Part shown: in pieces, positions 43,665 to 53,270 of the stretch | How positions within the stretch are numbered: the stretch's first letter is position 1 | How the letters are laid out: each line of letters begins with the position of its first letter | Source: an uncultured bacterium | GTDB taxonomy: Bacteria; Gemmatimonadota; Gemmatimonadetes; Gemmatimonadales; Gemmatimonadaceae | DNA: 57,165 nt | NCBI GenBank assembly: GCA_963978095.1 | Contig: CAXBQP010000011.1 | Location: 1 to 57,165, forward strand | Reading direction: 5' to 3' | The notes under the pieces: generated by a model | The model's database searches: none | What the model was told of the DNA's origin: nothing | The model's input: the letters and a program-made list of their open reading frames with translations, nothing else | Made by a program: the position numbers and the translations under genes

Positions 43665-44639
43665 GTGCACGGGCATCGGCACGATCACGCGCGTCCCCAC
43701 AGCCACAGCCACGATCACGATCATGATCACGGTCACGGCCACAGCCACGGGCTTGGCGCGCATCATCATCACCACCACAGCGGCGCGGGGCTCAAAGGGG
43801 CGTTGATCATCACCGCCGTTTTCCTGGTCGCGGAGATCGTCGGCGGGCTCGTGTCCAACTCACTCACGCTGCTCGCCGACGCCGGGCATATGGCCACCGA
43901 TGTCGGAGCGCTCGCCTTCTCGTTGTTCGTCGCGTGGCTCAGCCGCCAGCCCGCCACCGAGGAAAAGAGCTACGGCTACCTCCGCTGGGAGATCCTGGCG
44001 GCGCTGCTCAACGGCGCCACCTTGCTCGCCATCTCGGCTGCCATCGTGTGGGAGGCCGTGCTGCGCTTCCGGCATCCGGAACCGGTGGCCACCGGCATCA
44101 TGCTCTGGGTGGCCGTCGCAGGGTTCGTCGCCAACGCCGTATCGGCGCGGTTGCTGCACGCCGGCGCGGAACACTCGCTCAATGTGCGCGGCGCCTATCT
44201 GCACATCCTGGGCGACTTGTTGGGGTCCGCCGCCGCGATCGTGGCGGCGTTGCTGATTCGTTACAAGGGGTGGACGATCGCGGATCCGATCGCGTCGATC
44301 GTCATGACGGGCATGATCATCCGCGGGAGCTGGTCATTGGTCAAGGAGAGCGTGGACATCCTGCTCGAGGCGACCCCCGACCATATCGATCCCGCCGCCG
44401 TGCGTGCGGCGCTGGTCGAAGTCCCCTCGGTGGACTCCGTGCACGATCTCCACATCTGGACGCTCACCTCCGGGGTGATCGCGATGAGTGCGCATGCCTT
44501 GGTGTCGCATCCCGCGCGCCATCAGGAGGCGCTCGAGGCCATGACGGCGGCGGTGGCGGCGCACGGCATCCACCATGTCACGATCCAGATCGAAGGACGC
44601 TCACTGGCCGCCTGCGCGCCGGAGCGGCTCGCTACCTGA
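43665..44639 (+). CDS. Cation diffusion facilitator (CzcD/ZitB-like) with His-rich N-terminus
   Basis: HSHSHDHDHDHGHGH; LADAGHMATD; GAYLHILGD; HDLHIW; start uncertain, GTG 43665 chosen. Confidence 0.92.
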   Translation: MHGHRHDHARPHSHSHDHDHDHGHGHSHGLGAHHHHHHSGAGLKGALIITAVFLVAEIVGGLVSNSLTLLADAGHMATDVGALAFSLFVAWLSRQPATEEKSYGYLRWEILAALLNGATLLAISAAIVWEAVLRFRHPEPVATGIMLWVAVAGFVANAVSARLLHAGAEHSLNVRGAYLHILGDLLGSAAAIVAALLIRYKGWTIADPIASIVMTGMIIRGSWSLVKESVDILLEATPDHIDPAAVRAALVEVPSVDSVHDLHIWTLTSGVIAMSAHALVSHPARHQEALEAMTAAVAAHGIHHVTIQIEGRSLAACAPERLAT

Positions 44640-45450
44640 CTTCTCGGACCTTCGTGCTCGCGGTGACCATCGGGAAGGCCGCCGTCGTGCAGGTCTCGCA
44701 CAGGGCCTCCGAAAAGTCCGTGTCCGTCTGAGCGAGTACATAGTCCTCCAGCGACTGCCACGCTCCGTCGGGGGTGCCGACCCTCCGGCACTTGGAGCAT
44801 TGCGCCAGCGTCCCGCGGATGACGCGCAGTTCGCGCAGCGTGTGCGCGAGGGCCTGCCGGGCTGTTTCATCGACGCCGGTCCGCAGCTTGGTCCGTTGGA
44901 CCGACAGATACCACCCGATCACATTCGCGATGACGCAGGTTTGCACGTACGCCACGATCTCGAACGCCGGGATCGCGGAAGGGCGCAAGGCAAACATCAG
45001 CGAGCTGCCGACGCCAAGCAGGACGCCGGCCGTCGTTTGCCACCGCAGATTCGCATGCGTCGCGACGTAGAACCCGACCATCATCAAGAGGTGCAGGCGG
45101 CTGATCGTCATGCTGTCCGGCGGCCGGTACCACTGAAACAGGAGCGAAATGCCGACCGTCAACAAGCTGGTAGTCGTGACGACGACCTCGTATCCGCGGG
45201 CTGATCGGACGCGGGAGAGCACCCCAAGCGCGCCGGAAATCAGCAGGATGGAGAGGACGCGGATCGTCACCAACGGGCCGATACGACTCGGATCCGCCCG
45301 CCCGATGGCGATGTCCGTGGGTATCATCGCCACCGCCGGCACGAACATCGTCAACAGGACGAGTCGGGACGTCCGGATCGCGCTGGCAAGCCGCAGGGCT
45401 TCCAGCGCCGGCTCCAGACTGACGAGAGGTGAGGGGGAGACTTTTGGCAT
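44632..45450 (-). CDS. Hypothetical multi-pass membrane protein with C-terminal CxxC...CxxC domain
   Basis: About 6 hydrophobic segments, then LRVIRGTLAQCSKCRRV...WQSLEDYV...FSEALCETC. Confidence 0.75.
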   Translation of the reverse strand: MPKVSPSPLVSLEPALEALRLASAIRTSRLVLLTMFVPAVAMIPTDIAIGRADPSRIGPLVTIRVLSILLISGALGVLSRVRSARGYEVVVTTTSLLTVGISLLFQWYRPPDSMTISRLHLLMMVGFYVATHANLRWQTTAGVLLGVGSSLMFALRPSAIPAFEIVAYVQTCVIANVIGWYLSVQRTKLRTGVDETARQALAHTLRELRVIRGTLAQCSKCRRVGTPDGAWQSLEDYVLAQTDTDFSEALCETCTTAAFPMVTASTKVREVR

Positions 45451-45473
45451 CTGCTGAGATATATTGCAAGGCT

Positions 45474-47306
45474 ATGGATATCCGCAACATTGCCATCATT
45501 GCACACGTCGACCACGGGAAGACCACCCTCGTCGACCAGATGCTCCGTCAAGCCGGTGCGTTCCGCGCGAATCAGGTCGTTGCTGAGCGCGTCATGGACT
45601 CGAATCCGCTCGAGCGCGAGCGCGGCATCACCATCCTGGCCAAGAACACCTCGGTGCGCTGGCACGGGACCAAGATGAACATCGTCGATACGCCAGGCCA
45701 CGCCGATTTCGGGGGCGAGGTCGAGCGTATCCTGCGCATGGTCGACGGCGTGCTGCTCGTCGTGGACGCCTTTGATGGCCCGATGCCGCAGACGCGCTTC
45801 GTGCTGCGCAAGGCGCTCGCCCTCGGCCGTACCCCGATCATCGTCGTCAACAAGATTGACCGTCCCGGGGCCGACCCGATGCGTGTCCACGAGGAGGTGC
45901 TCGACCTGCTGATCGAGCTCGAGGCCAACGAGTCCCAGCTCGACGCGCCGTTCGTGTACGCCTCAGGGCGCACCGGCGTGGCCACGATGGACATGGACAC
46001 GCCGGCGGTCGATCTCGTCCCGCTCTTCGAGACCATCGTCAAGCATGTGCCGCCCCCGCCGGCGGAGCTCAATGGCGCCTTCCAGATGCTCGTGTCCACC
46101 ATCGACTACTCGCCCTACCTCGGGCGCTTGGCGATCGGGCGCATCGAGCGTGGCACGGTCAAGGTGGGCGATCAGGTGGCGTTGCTGCACCTCGACCAGA
46201 CCGCGAAGGCCACGGTCAGCAGGGTCACCAAGCTCTACGGATTCGAAGGGCTCGAGCGCGTCGAAATCCCGAGTGCCAACGCGGGCGAGATCGTATCGCT
46301 CGCCGGGCTCGAAGGCGTGGAGATCGGCCTGACCCTCACGGATCCGGAGCAGCAGGACCGACTCGAGGGGATCGCCGTCGAAGAACCCACGATCTCGGTC
46401 GACTTCCTGGTCAACAACTCGCCGTTCGCGGGGCAGGACGGAAAGTTCGTCACCAGCCGTCAGATTCTGGAGCGCTTGCAGAAGGAGCTCGAGAAGAACG
46501 TCGCGCTCCGTGTGGAAGAAACCGATTCGACCGACACCTGGACCGTGAGCGGCCGCGGGGAGCTGCATCTCACGATCCTGATGGAGACCATGCGGCGTGA
46601 AGGATTCGAGTTCCAGGTCTCGCGTCCGCGGGTGATCCTGCATGTGGGGCCCAACGGCGAGAAGCAGGAGCCCTACGAGGAGCTCGCGATCGATGTGCCC
46701 GAGGAGTACATGGGCGTCGTGATTGAAGCCCTCGGCCCCCGCAAGGCGCAGATGTTGGAGATGAAGAACCCCGGGCAGGGGATGGTCCGCATTCTCTACA
46801 AGATCCCGGCACGCGGCTTGTTCGGCTATCGCTCCGAGTTCATGACGAGCACGCGCGGGACCGGGATCATCCATCACCGGTTCCTGGAATACGGGCCGTG
46901 GGCGGGGCAGTTGGAAGGGCGTGCGCGCGGCGTGCTGGTGTCGATGGAGGCGGGGACGATCATCGCCTTCGCGCTCGGCAACCTGCAGGATCGCTCGACG
47001 CTGTTCGTGTCGCCCGGCGACGCGGTGTACGAAGGCATGGTGGTGGGCGAGAGTGCGCGTCCGGGGGACATGGACGTGAACCCGACGCGAGAAAAGAAGC
47101 TCACCAACATGCGCAGCAAGAGCGCCGATGATCACATCACGTTGGAGCCGCCCCGGGTGTTGACGCTGGAAGGGGCGCTTGAGTATATCGAAGACGACGA
47201 GCTGATCGAGGTCACGCCGAAGTCCATTCGGTTGCGGAAGCGCAAGTTGTTGGCGAGCGACCGGAAGAAGGTCTCGCGCGAGGCCAAGCGGGAGCGCGAA
47301 GCGTAG
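45474..47306 (+). CDS. typA: Translational GTPase TypA/BipA
   Basis: [47 protein letters not shown]. Confidence 0.98.
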   Translation: MDIRNIAIIAHVDHGKTTLVDQMLRQAGAFRANQVVAERVMDSNPLERERGITILAKNTSVRWHGTKMNIVDTPGHADFGGEVERILRMVDGVLLVVDAFDGPMPQTRFVLRKALALGRTPIIVVNKIDRPGADPMRVHEEVLDLLIELEANESQLDAPFVYASGRTGVATMDMDTPAVDLVPLFETIVKHVPPPPAELNGAFQMLVSTIDYSPYLGRLAIGRIERGTVKVGDQVALLHLDQTAKATVSRVTKLYGFEGLERVEIPSANAGEIVSLAGLEGVEIGLTLTDPEQQDRLEGIAVEEPTISVDFLVNNSPFAGQDGKFVTSRQILERLQKELEKNVALRVEETDSTDTWTVSGRGELHLTILMETMRREGFEFQVSRPRVILHVGPNGEKQEPYEELAIDVPEEYMGVVIEALGPRKAQMLEMKNPGQGMVRILYKIPARGLFGYRSEFMTSTRGTGIIHHRFLEYGPWAGQLEGRARGVLVSMEAGTIIAFALGNLQDRSTLFVSPGDAVYEGMVVGESARPGDMDVNPTREKKLTNMRSKSADDHITLEPPRVLTLEGALEYIEDDELIEVTPKSIRLRKRKLLASDRKKVSREAKREREA

Positions 47307-47412
47307 GACGTGTCGCGTTCCCCGCCGTGGACAACGGTGGGCGGCAGTCGTTCGTAAGCACCTGGTATTCGCGCGTCTTCCCCTTTGATTCATCCAGCGG
47401 AGATCTGGGCAT

Positions 47413-47766
47413 ATGTCGGGCAGTGTGGCGTTGTTCGCGACCGGAGAGCACGAGTTCAATCTGGACGCTGCCGCCGAGTGGGCCGAGCAGGTACGAGGGG
47501 AAGGGCGTTGGCGTGCAGCGGGCAAGAGCGACGAGGTGGATCCGGAAGATGAGCCCTTGGACGACGACCTCGACGCGGACGACCTGGACGAGGACGACGA
47601 GTTCGACGATCCGGAGGACGCGGACGACGAGGATCTGGACGAGGACGCGCTTGAGGATGACGACGAACTCGGCGATCTGGACGATGACCTGATCGATCTG
47701 GACGACGAGTACGACACCGGCGATGACGAGGACCGCGGGCTCGGCGGCCACCGGTACGACGATTAG
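47413..47766 (+). CDS. Small, extremely acidic hypothetical protein
   Basis: C-terminal two-thirds is Asp/Glu low-complexity (DDDLDADDLDEDDEFDD...); fills the typA-tRNA gap. Confidence 0.6.
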   Translation: MSGSVALFATGEHEFNLDAAAEWAEQVRGEGRWRAAGKSDEVDPEDEPLDDDLDADDLDEDDEFDDPEDADDEDLDEDALEDDDELGDLDDDLIDLDDEYDTGDDEDRGLGGHRYDD

Positions 47767-47814
47767 GGCGTGCGCGTCCGGGCGCGGGAAGTCCCCGGGG
47801 GAATGGCTGAAACG

Positions 47815-47845
47815 TTGACGGACAGCCTCAGAGCGGCTTTATTTC
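47815..47845 (+). promoter_or_regulatory. Putative sigma70 promoter of tRNA-Ile
   Basis: TTGACG at 47815, 17 nt, then AT-rich TTTATTTC about 35 nt upstream of the tRNA. Confidence 0.5.
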
Positions 47846-47879
47846 AAGGCTCTGCGAGATTGGTAGCAGTCGGTCGGAA

Positions 47880-47953
<74 letters not shown>

Positions 47954-47963
47954 TGATGCAAGT

Positions 47964-48006
47964 CGAAGCCCCGCAACGGTTTGTCCGTCGCGGGGCTTCG
48001 TGTTTT
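47964..48006 (+). terminator. Intrinsic terminator after tRNA-Ile
   Basis: CGAAGCCCCGC...GCGGGGCTTCG followed by TGTTTT. Confidence 0.8.
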
Positions 48007-48103
48007 CCGGGCGATCAAGGCACGGCGTGTTCTCTGGTGCGTCCACGAGGGGCCTGGCTCCACGTTCGGGACGCCGAGCGCGGTCGAAATCATCGCCGCC
48101 CAC

Positions 48104-48907
48104 TCACCCCCGACACTGCGCCTTGGCCACCCGCGCGCGCACATCCGCCGCGCTCGTTGTCCGCTCCGCCGATGTCGGCGCGCTGAAGACCATCACATAC
48201 GCGCCATCCGCCATCGTCTTCTGCCCCTGTTTGACGTAGCCCAATGCCCCCAGCTCGCACGCGAGCAGCCGCGTTGGTGTGCCGTGACGATCGGTGGGGC
48301 CGTCCACGTCGAGCACCGCAAGGCGACCGCCAGCGCGAAAGGACGGAGCGAGTCGGTGAAGGAGTGCGAAGGGCTCGGTGATCTCATGATACATGTGGAT
48401 CATGATCGCGACGTCGATGCTCGCCGCCGGAAGCGCCGGGTTGTCCGGCGTGCCCTCGATCACGCGAACGTTCTTCCATCCGCCGGATTCCACGCGCTCC
48501 CGGAGCAGATCCAGATACCGCGGTTCGATGTCCTCGCCAAAGACGAGCCCGGTGGGGCCCACCCGTTCCGCGAGTCGCGCTACGTAGTAGCCGTCGCCTG
48601 CGCCGATGTCGGCCACGCGCGTCCCACGCCCGATACGGAGGAACTCCATCACGCGGTCGGCTTCCCCCAGCGCGTCGCGCCGATCCTCATCCACCCAGCG
48701 GGGGGCCACGATGCTCGAGACCGGACGGTCAGGGCGCGGGAACAGTTCGGACTGCGCGCGGGCACGCGCCGGTACGAGCACCAGCGCGATCATCGGCGCG
48801 AGCACGGTCGCGCGTACTGCGGTGCGCACTGCGGCGCGCACTGCGGTGCGCACGGATCCGCGTGTGGTCACGGTCCGGAAACAGCGGGCGAGCGGTCGAA
48901 TCGTCAT
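48104..48907 (-). CDS. Exported class I SAM-dependent methyltransferase
   Basis: VADIGAGDGYY, EDIEP, HMYHE; signal-like N-terminus; start uncertain (48907 or 48793). Confidence 0.85.
   Translation of the reverse strand: MTIRPLARCFRTVTTRGSVRTAVRAAVRTAVRATVLAPMIALVLVPARARAQSELFPRPDRPVSSIVAPRWVDEDRRDALGEADRVMEFLRIGRGTRVADIGAGDGYYVARLAERVGPTGLVFGEDIEPRYLDLLRERVESGGWKNVRVIEGTPDNPALPAASIDVAIMIHMYHEITEPFALLHRLAPSFRAGGRLAVLDVDGPTDRHGTPTRLLACELGALGYVKQGQKTMADGAYVMVFSAPTSAERTTSAADVRARVAKAQCRG
48814..48853. repeat. Imperfect 12-bp tandem repeat (about 3.3 copies)
   Basis: GTACTGCGGTGC GCACTGCGGCGC GCACTGCGGTGC GCAC, encoding VRTA-VRAA-VRTA on the minus strand. Confidence 0.7.
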
Positions 48908-49060
48908 CACCAATAAGCGCGTCGGTGTCGTCTCGGGTTCCCGGTGCGGCCACGCGCGGTGGTGCGTAGCCACGCGCGACTGTGATCCGCGTCCGCCGTC
49001 CGCGGCTGCCGACCACGGAGAGTGGCGATATATTCCCTCTATGCGGTGCGGACCAACCGG

Positions 49061-49792
49061 ATGCTGAAGCGTGGGGCCGCGACGCGGATCCTCCTGGTCC
49101 TCGTCGTGCTGGTGATTGCGGTCGTGCGTCTCTGGGCGCCGCGCGCGAGCCGCGCCCCGCGCCGTCCGCAGGCAACGCCGCAACCACGTGCCCAGGTGGC
49201 ACCGAACGCTCCGGGCCAGCAGGGCACGACAGACGCCGACTGCCCGCTTGAAGGGGACGCCAAGATCCCCCGCGTCGCGGCGTTGAACCTCCTCAAGAAC
49301 CGTACGGCCGTTCCGGGGCCGGCCGATTTCGACACGAGCGTCACGCTCGCACGACTTGTGGCGCCGGGGGACGACCGGAACCGGTTCCGCACCAACCGCG
49401 CGGTCCGCGTCGCCGGCTACGTGGCGGACGTGAAAGTGGGGGGCATCGAAACGGTCAACTGCAAAGCCAAGGAACCGGACGCGCGCGACACGCACATCGA
49501 GCTCACCCTCGAGCCGATGTCGGCGGACGAAGCGAAACACGTGATCGTCGAGGTGATCCCGCGGTGGCGGCGCATCGTCGGTGCCGGCGGTGACGATTGG
49601 CATACCAACGCGCTCCGCCGCACCCTCACGGGACGCTGGATCGAAGTCACGGGGTGGCTCCTGTACGACGAAGAACACGAAGCGAACGCCGCCAACACGC
49701 ACCGCGGCAGCGCCAAGATCTGGCGCGCCACAGCGTGGGAAGTGCATCCGATCACCAGCCTCCGCGTGCTGGAGCGGCCGCCCGTGCGCTGA
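49061..49792 (+). CDS. Hypothetical membrane-anchored/exported protein, possible OB-fold
   Basis: N-terminal TM; LKNRT, DTHIEL, VEVIPR, VTGWLLYDEEH and WEVHP motifs. Confidence 0.72.
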   Translation: MLKRGAATRILLVLVVLVIAVVRLWAPRASRAPRRPQATPQPRAQVAPNAPGQQGTTDADCPLEGDAKIPRVAALNLLKNRTAVPGPADFDTSVTLARLVAPGDDRNRFRTNRAVRVAGYVADVKVGGIETVNCKAKEPDARDTHIELTLEPMSADEAKHVIVEVIPRWRRIVGAGGDDWHTNALRRTLTGRWIEVTGWLLYDEEHEANAANTHRGSAKIWRATAWEVHPITSLRVLERPPVR

Positions 49793-49869
49793 CCGCGGCA
49801 CATGCCGGGTGCGAGCACTGCCCGCACGCAATATCTTTCGCCACCGAACCGAACGCTTTCGAGCACACC

Positions 49870-51390
49870 ATGGCCAAGATCTCGCGCAGGACATTCATCG
49901 GGGGTGTCGCCATCGGCGGCGTGGGACTCGCCGCAGGGACCTGCTACGCCCGGCAGGAGAAACCGGCCCCCTTCCTGCCGCGGCGTGCGGTGGGGGACGT
50001 CGTCATGCTCGACACGGCCTTCACGAGTCGCCCCCCGAACGTCATCCTGGTCAACTGCGACGACCTGGGCTACGGCGACCTGGGCTGCTACGGCAGCACG
50101 GCCGTACGAACACCGCATATCGACGCGCTCGCCGCACAAGGGGTCCGCTTCACGGATTTCCACGCCTGCGACTCGGTCTGCACCCCCTCGCGCGCGGGGC
50201 TGCTCACCGGCCGCTATCCGAAGCGCATGCGCCTCGACTTCCCGCTCTTCTCCGGCGCCACGTCACTCAAGGTCAAACTGCTCAACCAGTTCGGGTTCGC
50301 CGCCGGCGCCGCGGGCATCATGGACATGGACTCGGAAGTCGGTGCCGAGGGGCTCAACCCCTTCGAGATCGCCATCGGCGACGCCCTGCAGCGCCGCGGC
50401 TACCGCACGGCCATGATCGGCAAATGGCACCTCGGCGATTTCATCAAGGCGCCGCAGTTCCACCCGATGGAGCATGGGTTCCAGAGCTTCTACGGCGTGC
50501 CGCACAGCAACGACATGACCCCCTTTCCGCTGTACCGGGACCGGGAGACGATCGAAGCCGAGATCACGGATCGCACCAAACTCACCCGGCTGTACACGGA
50601 CGAGGCGATCAAGGTCGTGGAATCGAGCAAGGACAAACCGTTCTTCCTCTACCTCGCGCATACCTATCCGCATCGTCCGCTCGCGGCGTCGGCACAGTTC
50701 AAGGATTCCTCGGCGGGCGGACTGTACGGCGACGCCGTGGAGGAGATCGACTGGAACTTCGGGCGTCTCATGGACACGCTCAGGGCGGCCGGTCAGGACA
50801 AGAATACCATCATCCTCTTCACCAGCGACAACGGTCCGTGGTACGACGGAAGCCCGGCCGGATTCCGGGGACGCAAGGGACAGAGCTTCGAAGGGGGGCA
50901 CCGCGTCCCCATGATCGTGAAATGGGACGGCGTCGTGCCGCGCGGTCAGGTGTGTGACGCGCCGGCCATGAACATCGATGTGTTCCCGACGCTGTTGGCG
51001 ATCGCGGGCGTCCGCACCCCCTCAGACCGGGTCATCGATGGGCTCTCGATGGTGTCACTGCTGACGCACCCGACCGACGCGCCGACCACGCCGCGCGAGC
51101 TGTACTTCTACCACCAGGGGACGCTCGAGAGCATGCGCGCCGGTGAGTGGAAGTTCATCCGGAAGATCAACCACTACGTGTGGCCCCTGCCAGTGAACGA
51201 GAAGCTCGGATGGTTGACGCGCCAGACCACCGGGCCGCTCCCCTTGCTCTACAATCTCAAGACCGACCCGGGCGAGGCGTACAATCTTGCGGGGAAGTAT
51301 CCCGAGCGGGTCCGTGAATTGTCAGCACGGATGGAACGCTGGGAGAATGAACTCCGGCGGAATCTGTATGGGGTGCGCGACGCGGGTTGA
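49870..51390 (+). CDS. Tat-exported Cys-type (formylglycine) sulfatase
   Basis: SRRTFI twin-Arg signal; DDLGYGDL; CTPSRAGLLTG; GKWHLG; SDNG; FEGGHRVP. Confidence 0.94.
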   Translation: MAKISRRTFIGGVAIGGVGLAAGTCYARQEKPAPFLPRRAVGDVVMLDTAFTSRPPNVILVNCDDLGYGDLGCYGSTAVRTPHIDALAAQGVRFTDFHACDSVCTPSRAGLLTGRYPKRMRLDFPLFSGATSLKVKLLNQFGFAAGAAGIMDMDSEVGAEGLNPFEIAIGDALQRRGYRTAMIGKWHLGDFIKAPQFHPMEHGFQSFYGVPHSNDMTPFPLYRDRETIEAEITDRTKLTRLYTDEAIKVVESSKDKPFFLYLAHTYPHRPLAASAQFKDSSAGGLYGDAVEEIDWNFGRLMDTLRAAGQDKNTIILFTSDNGPWYDGSPAGFRGRKGQSFEGGHRVPMIVKWDGVVPRGQVCDAPAMNIDVFPTLLAIAGVRTPSDRVIDGLSMVSLLTHPTDAPTTPRELYFYHQGTLESMRAGEWKFIRKINHYVWPLPVNEKLGWLTRQTTGPLPLLYNLKTDPGEAYNLAGKYPERVRELSARMERWENELRRNLYGVRDAG

Positions 51391-51473
51391 GCGGGACGCG
51401 CGCGACAGGCACGTCGAGTGCTCGCTCGAGCGCATGCACGAGGACGACGCCACGCACATGATCGTGGAGGTGA

Positions 51474-51504
51474 CCTCGGCTCCTCGACGACAAGGAGCCT
51501 GAGG
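51474..51504. terminator. Hairpin between convergent genes
   Basis: CCTCGGCTCCT...AGGAGCCTGAGG inverted repeat. Confidence 0.45.
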
Positions 51505-51517
51505 CCAGCCCCAGTCC

Positions 51518-53095
51518 TCAGGGATGATACGCCATCGATGCTGCGACCGGTGTGGTCGATGCGCTGACGGTGATCGTCTGGAGCGAGTTGGACGGATAAT
51601 AGGTCGTCCCACAGCCGCCCTGATAGCCACAGTACGCAACATCCCAGCCCAATGTGTAGCTCCCGGGCGGGACGTTGTTCACGTCGACCGTGGGTGACGA
51701 GGGATTGATGTACCAATCCCGCTGCGCACGACCGTCGTTGATCGTGATATGCACGAGCCCTGAGTTGCCGGCTTGGATACCAGTCGTCGGAATACCGCTG
51801 ATGGAGAGACGGATGATCCCGGTCTTCGGGACGTATGGCATCGCCGCAGCGTTCGGGGTGAGCGACGCCACCACCGTGATGCTTTGCGTGGCGCTCTGCG
51901 GTCCCCACGTGACGGGATTGCCACAGCCACCCTGCACTCCGCAGTCCGCGGTCTGCCAGTTCACGGTATAGGTGCCCGGCGGTACGTCATTCAGGTTCTG
52001 CGTTGCGCCCGCTGAGATCGTGAAGACCCGTGTGTTCTGCCCGACGACGACCGATGCGGTGCCGTACAATCGCGAGTCGAGCCCCGGGACCGAGAACTGG
52101 ATGATGCCGGTGGTGGGCACGTAGGCCATCGTCGCGGCGATCGGCGTGGTCGACGCCACCACGGTGATGCGCTGCGTGGCCGAGCTCGGGCCCCACGACA
52201 CCGCTTGCCCGCAGCCGCCCTGCACCCCGCAGTACGGCACGTTCCAGTTGATGGTGTACACGCCCGGGGCGAGGTTCGCGAGGGTGATCGGCGTGCCGGG
52301 TGAGTCGAGGCGGAAATCGTGCGAACCGCCATTCGGATCGATCCACGTGGAGAGGATCGATCCTGCAGTGGATGGGAGCGCGGAGGTGTTCAGGGTGATC
52401 GACCCCACATTGGGGATCGACGTGAAGCTGAAGGTGACCGGCGTCAATCCGCTCACCGTGGCGGTCGCGCTGTTGGTTCCGGCGGTCGCGCCCGCCGTGA
52501 AACGGGCGGAGGCCTTGCCGGCGGAATCGGTGACGGCGGTCGCTGGTGAAACGCTCCCGCCTCCAGCGGTCACCGCGAAGTTCACCGTGGCCCCCGCGCG
52601 CGCATTACCGAACGCATCGGTCACCTGCACGCGTACGGAATCACCGATCGCGAATCCCGCCACGATGCTCGTGGGATCGGTCCCGATCCGCGCAACGTTC
52701 GCTGCGGCCGCCGCTGTCACGGTGATCGCGAGCGGTGTAGTCGAGAGGACGCCTTCTCCCTGCGCGGTGATGGTAGCCGTTCCCACACGGCCCACGGCCG
52801 TGACGAGCCCGCTCGCGCTCACGGTGAGGATACTCGGGTTCGACGACGCAAACGTGAGAGGCTTCCCGCTCAGCGCACCGCCGCCCTTGTTGCGGGCGAC
52901 CGCGCTGACCTGCATCGTGGTCCCGGCCACGAGTGATGTGCTCGTCGCGGTGACGGAGATGGTCGCGATTGCCGTGTCAGGGGAATCGAGCAGCGGGCAG
53001 CCGATGCTCGCGACCAACAGAGCGACGAGCGCGAGCGAGCGCATGCCGGTGCGTGACAAGGCGCTCAGGAAATTGACCGAGCGGAAGTTCGACAT
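51518..53095 (-). CDS. Surface lipoprotein: Big_2-like + Big_1-like Ig domains + three beta-sandwich repeats
   Basis: Lipobox-like VASIGC; FASSNPSILTVSASGLVTAV; VTDAFGNA...TDSAGKAS; three repeats containing CGxQGGCG. Confidence 0.82.
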   Translation of the reverse strand: MSNFRSVNFLSALSRTGMRSLALVALLVASIGCPLLDSPDTAIATISVTATSTSLVAGTTMQVSAVARNKGGGALSGKPLTFASSNPSILTVSASGLVTAVGRVGTATITAQGEGVLSTTPLAITVTAAAAANVARIGTDPTSIVAGFAIGDSVRVQVTDAFGNARAGATVNFAVTAGGGSVSPATAVTDSAGKASARFTAGATAGTNSATATVSGLTPVTFSFTSIPNVGSITLNTSALPSTAGSILSTWIDPNGGSHDFRLDSPGTPITLANLAPGVYTINWNVPYCGVQGGCGQAVSWGPSSATQRITVVASTTPIAATMAYVPTTGIIQFSVPGLDSRLYGTASVVVGQNTRVFTISAGATQNLNDVPPGTYTVNWQTADCGVQGGCGNPVTWGPQSATQSITVVASLTPNAAAMPYVPKTGIIRLSISGIPTTGIQAGNSGLVHITINDGRAQRDWYINPSSPTVDVNNVPPGSYTLGWDVAYCGYQGGCGTTYYPSNSLQTITVSASTTPVAASMAYHP

Positions 53096-53270
53096 GTTGT
53101 TCGAGTCTCCGATGGCGTTCGATTGCAGATATATGAGGAAACGGACGAACGCACAAGACGCCAAAGTTCCCGACTTCGTCCTCTCGCCTTCTCGACACAC
53201 GTGGCCAGGCCGAGGGCATGACGAAGCTGTTACATGGTGAGCGGGCCGATGGGCGATGGAGCGCCGTCGT

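Noticed and set aside
43676..43778. CAC/GAT-type short tandem repeats
   Set aside because: Explained by the His-rich N-terminal tail of the CDF transporter; not a CRISPR array or independent repeat.
47540..47730. GACGAC/GAG repetitive tract as a DNA repeat array
   Set aside because: It is codon-level low complexity of the acidic protein, with no fixed-length repeat-spacer structure.
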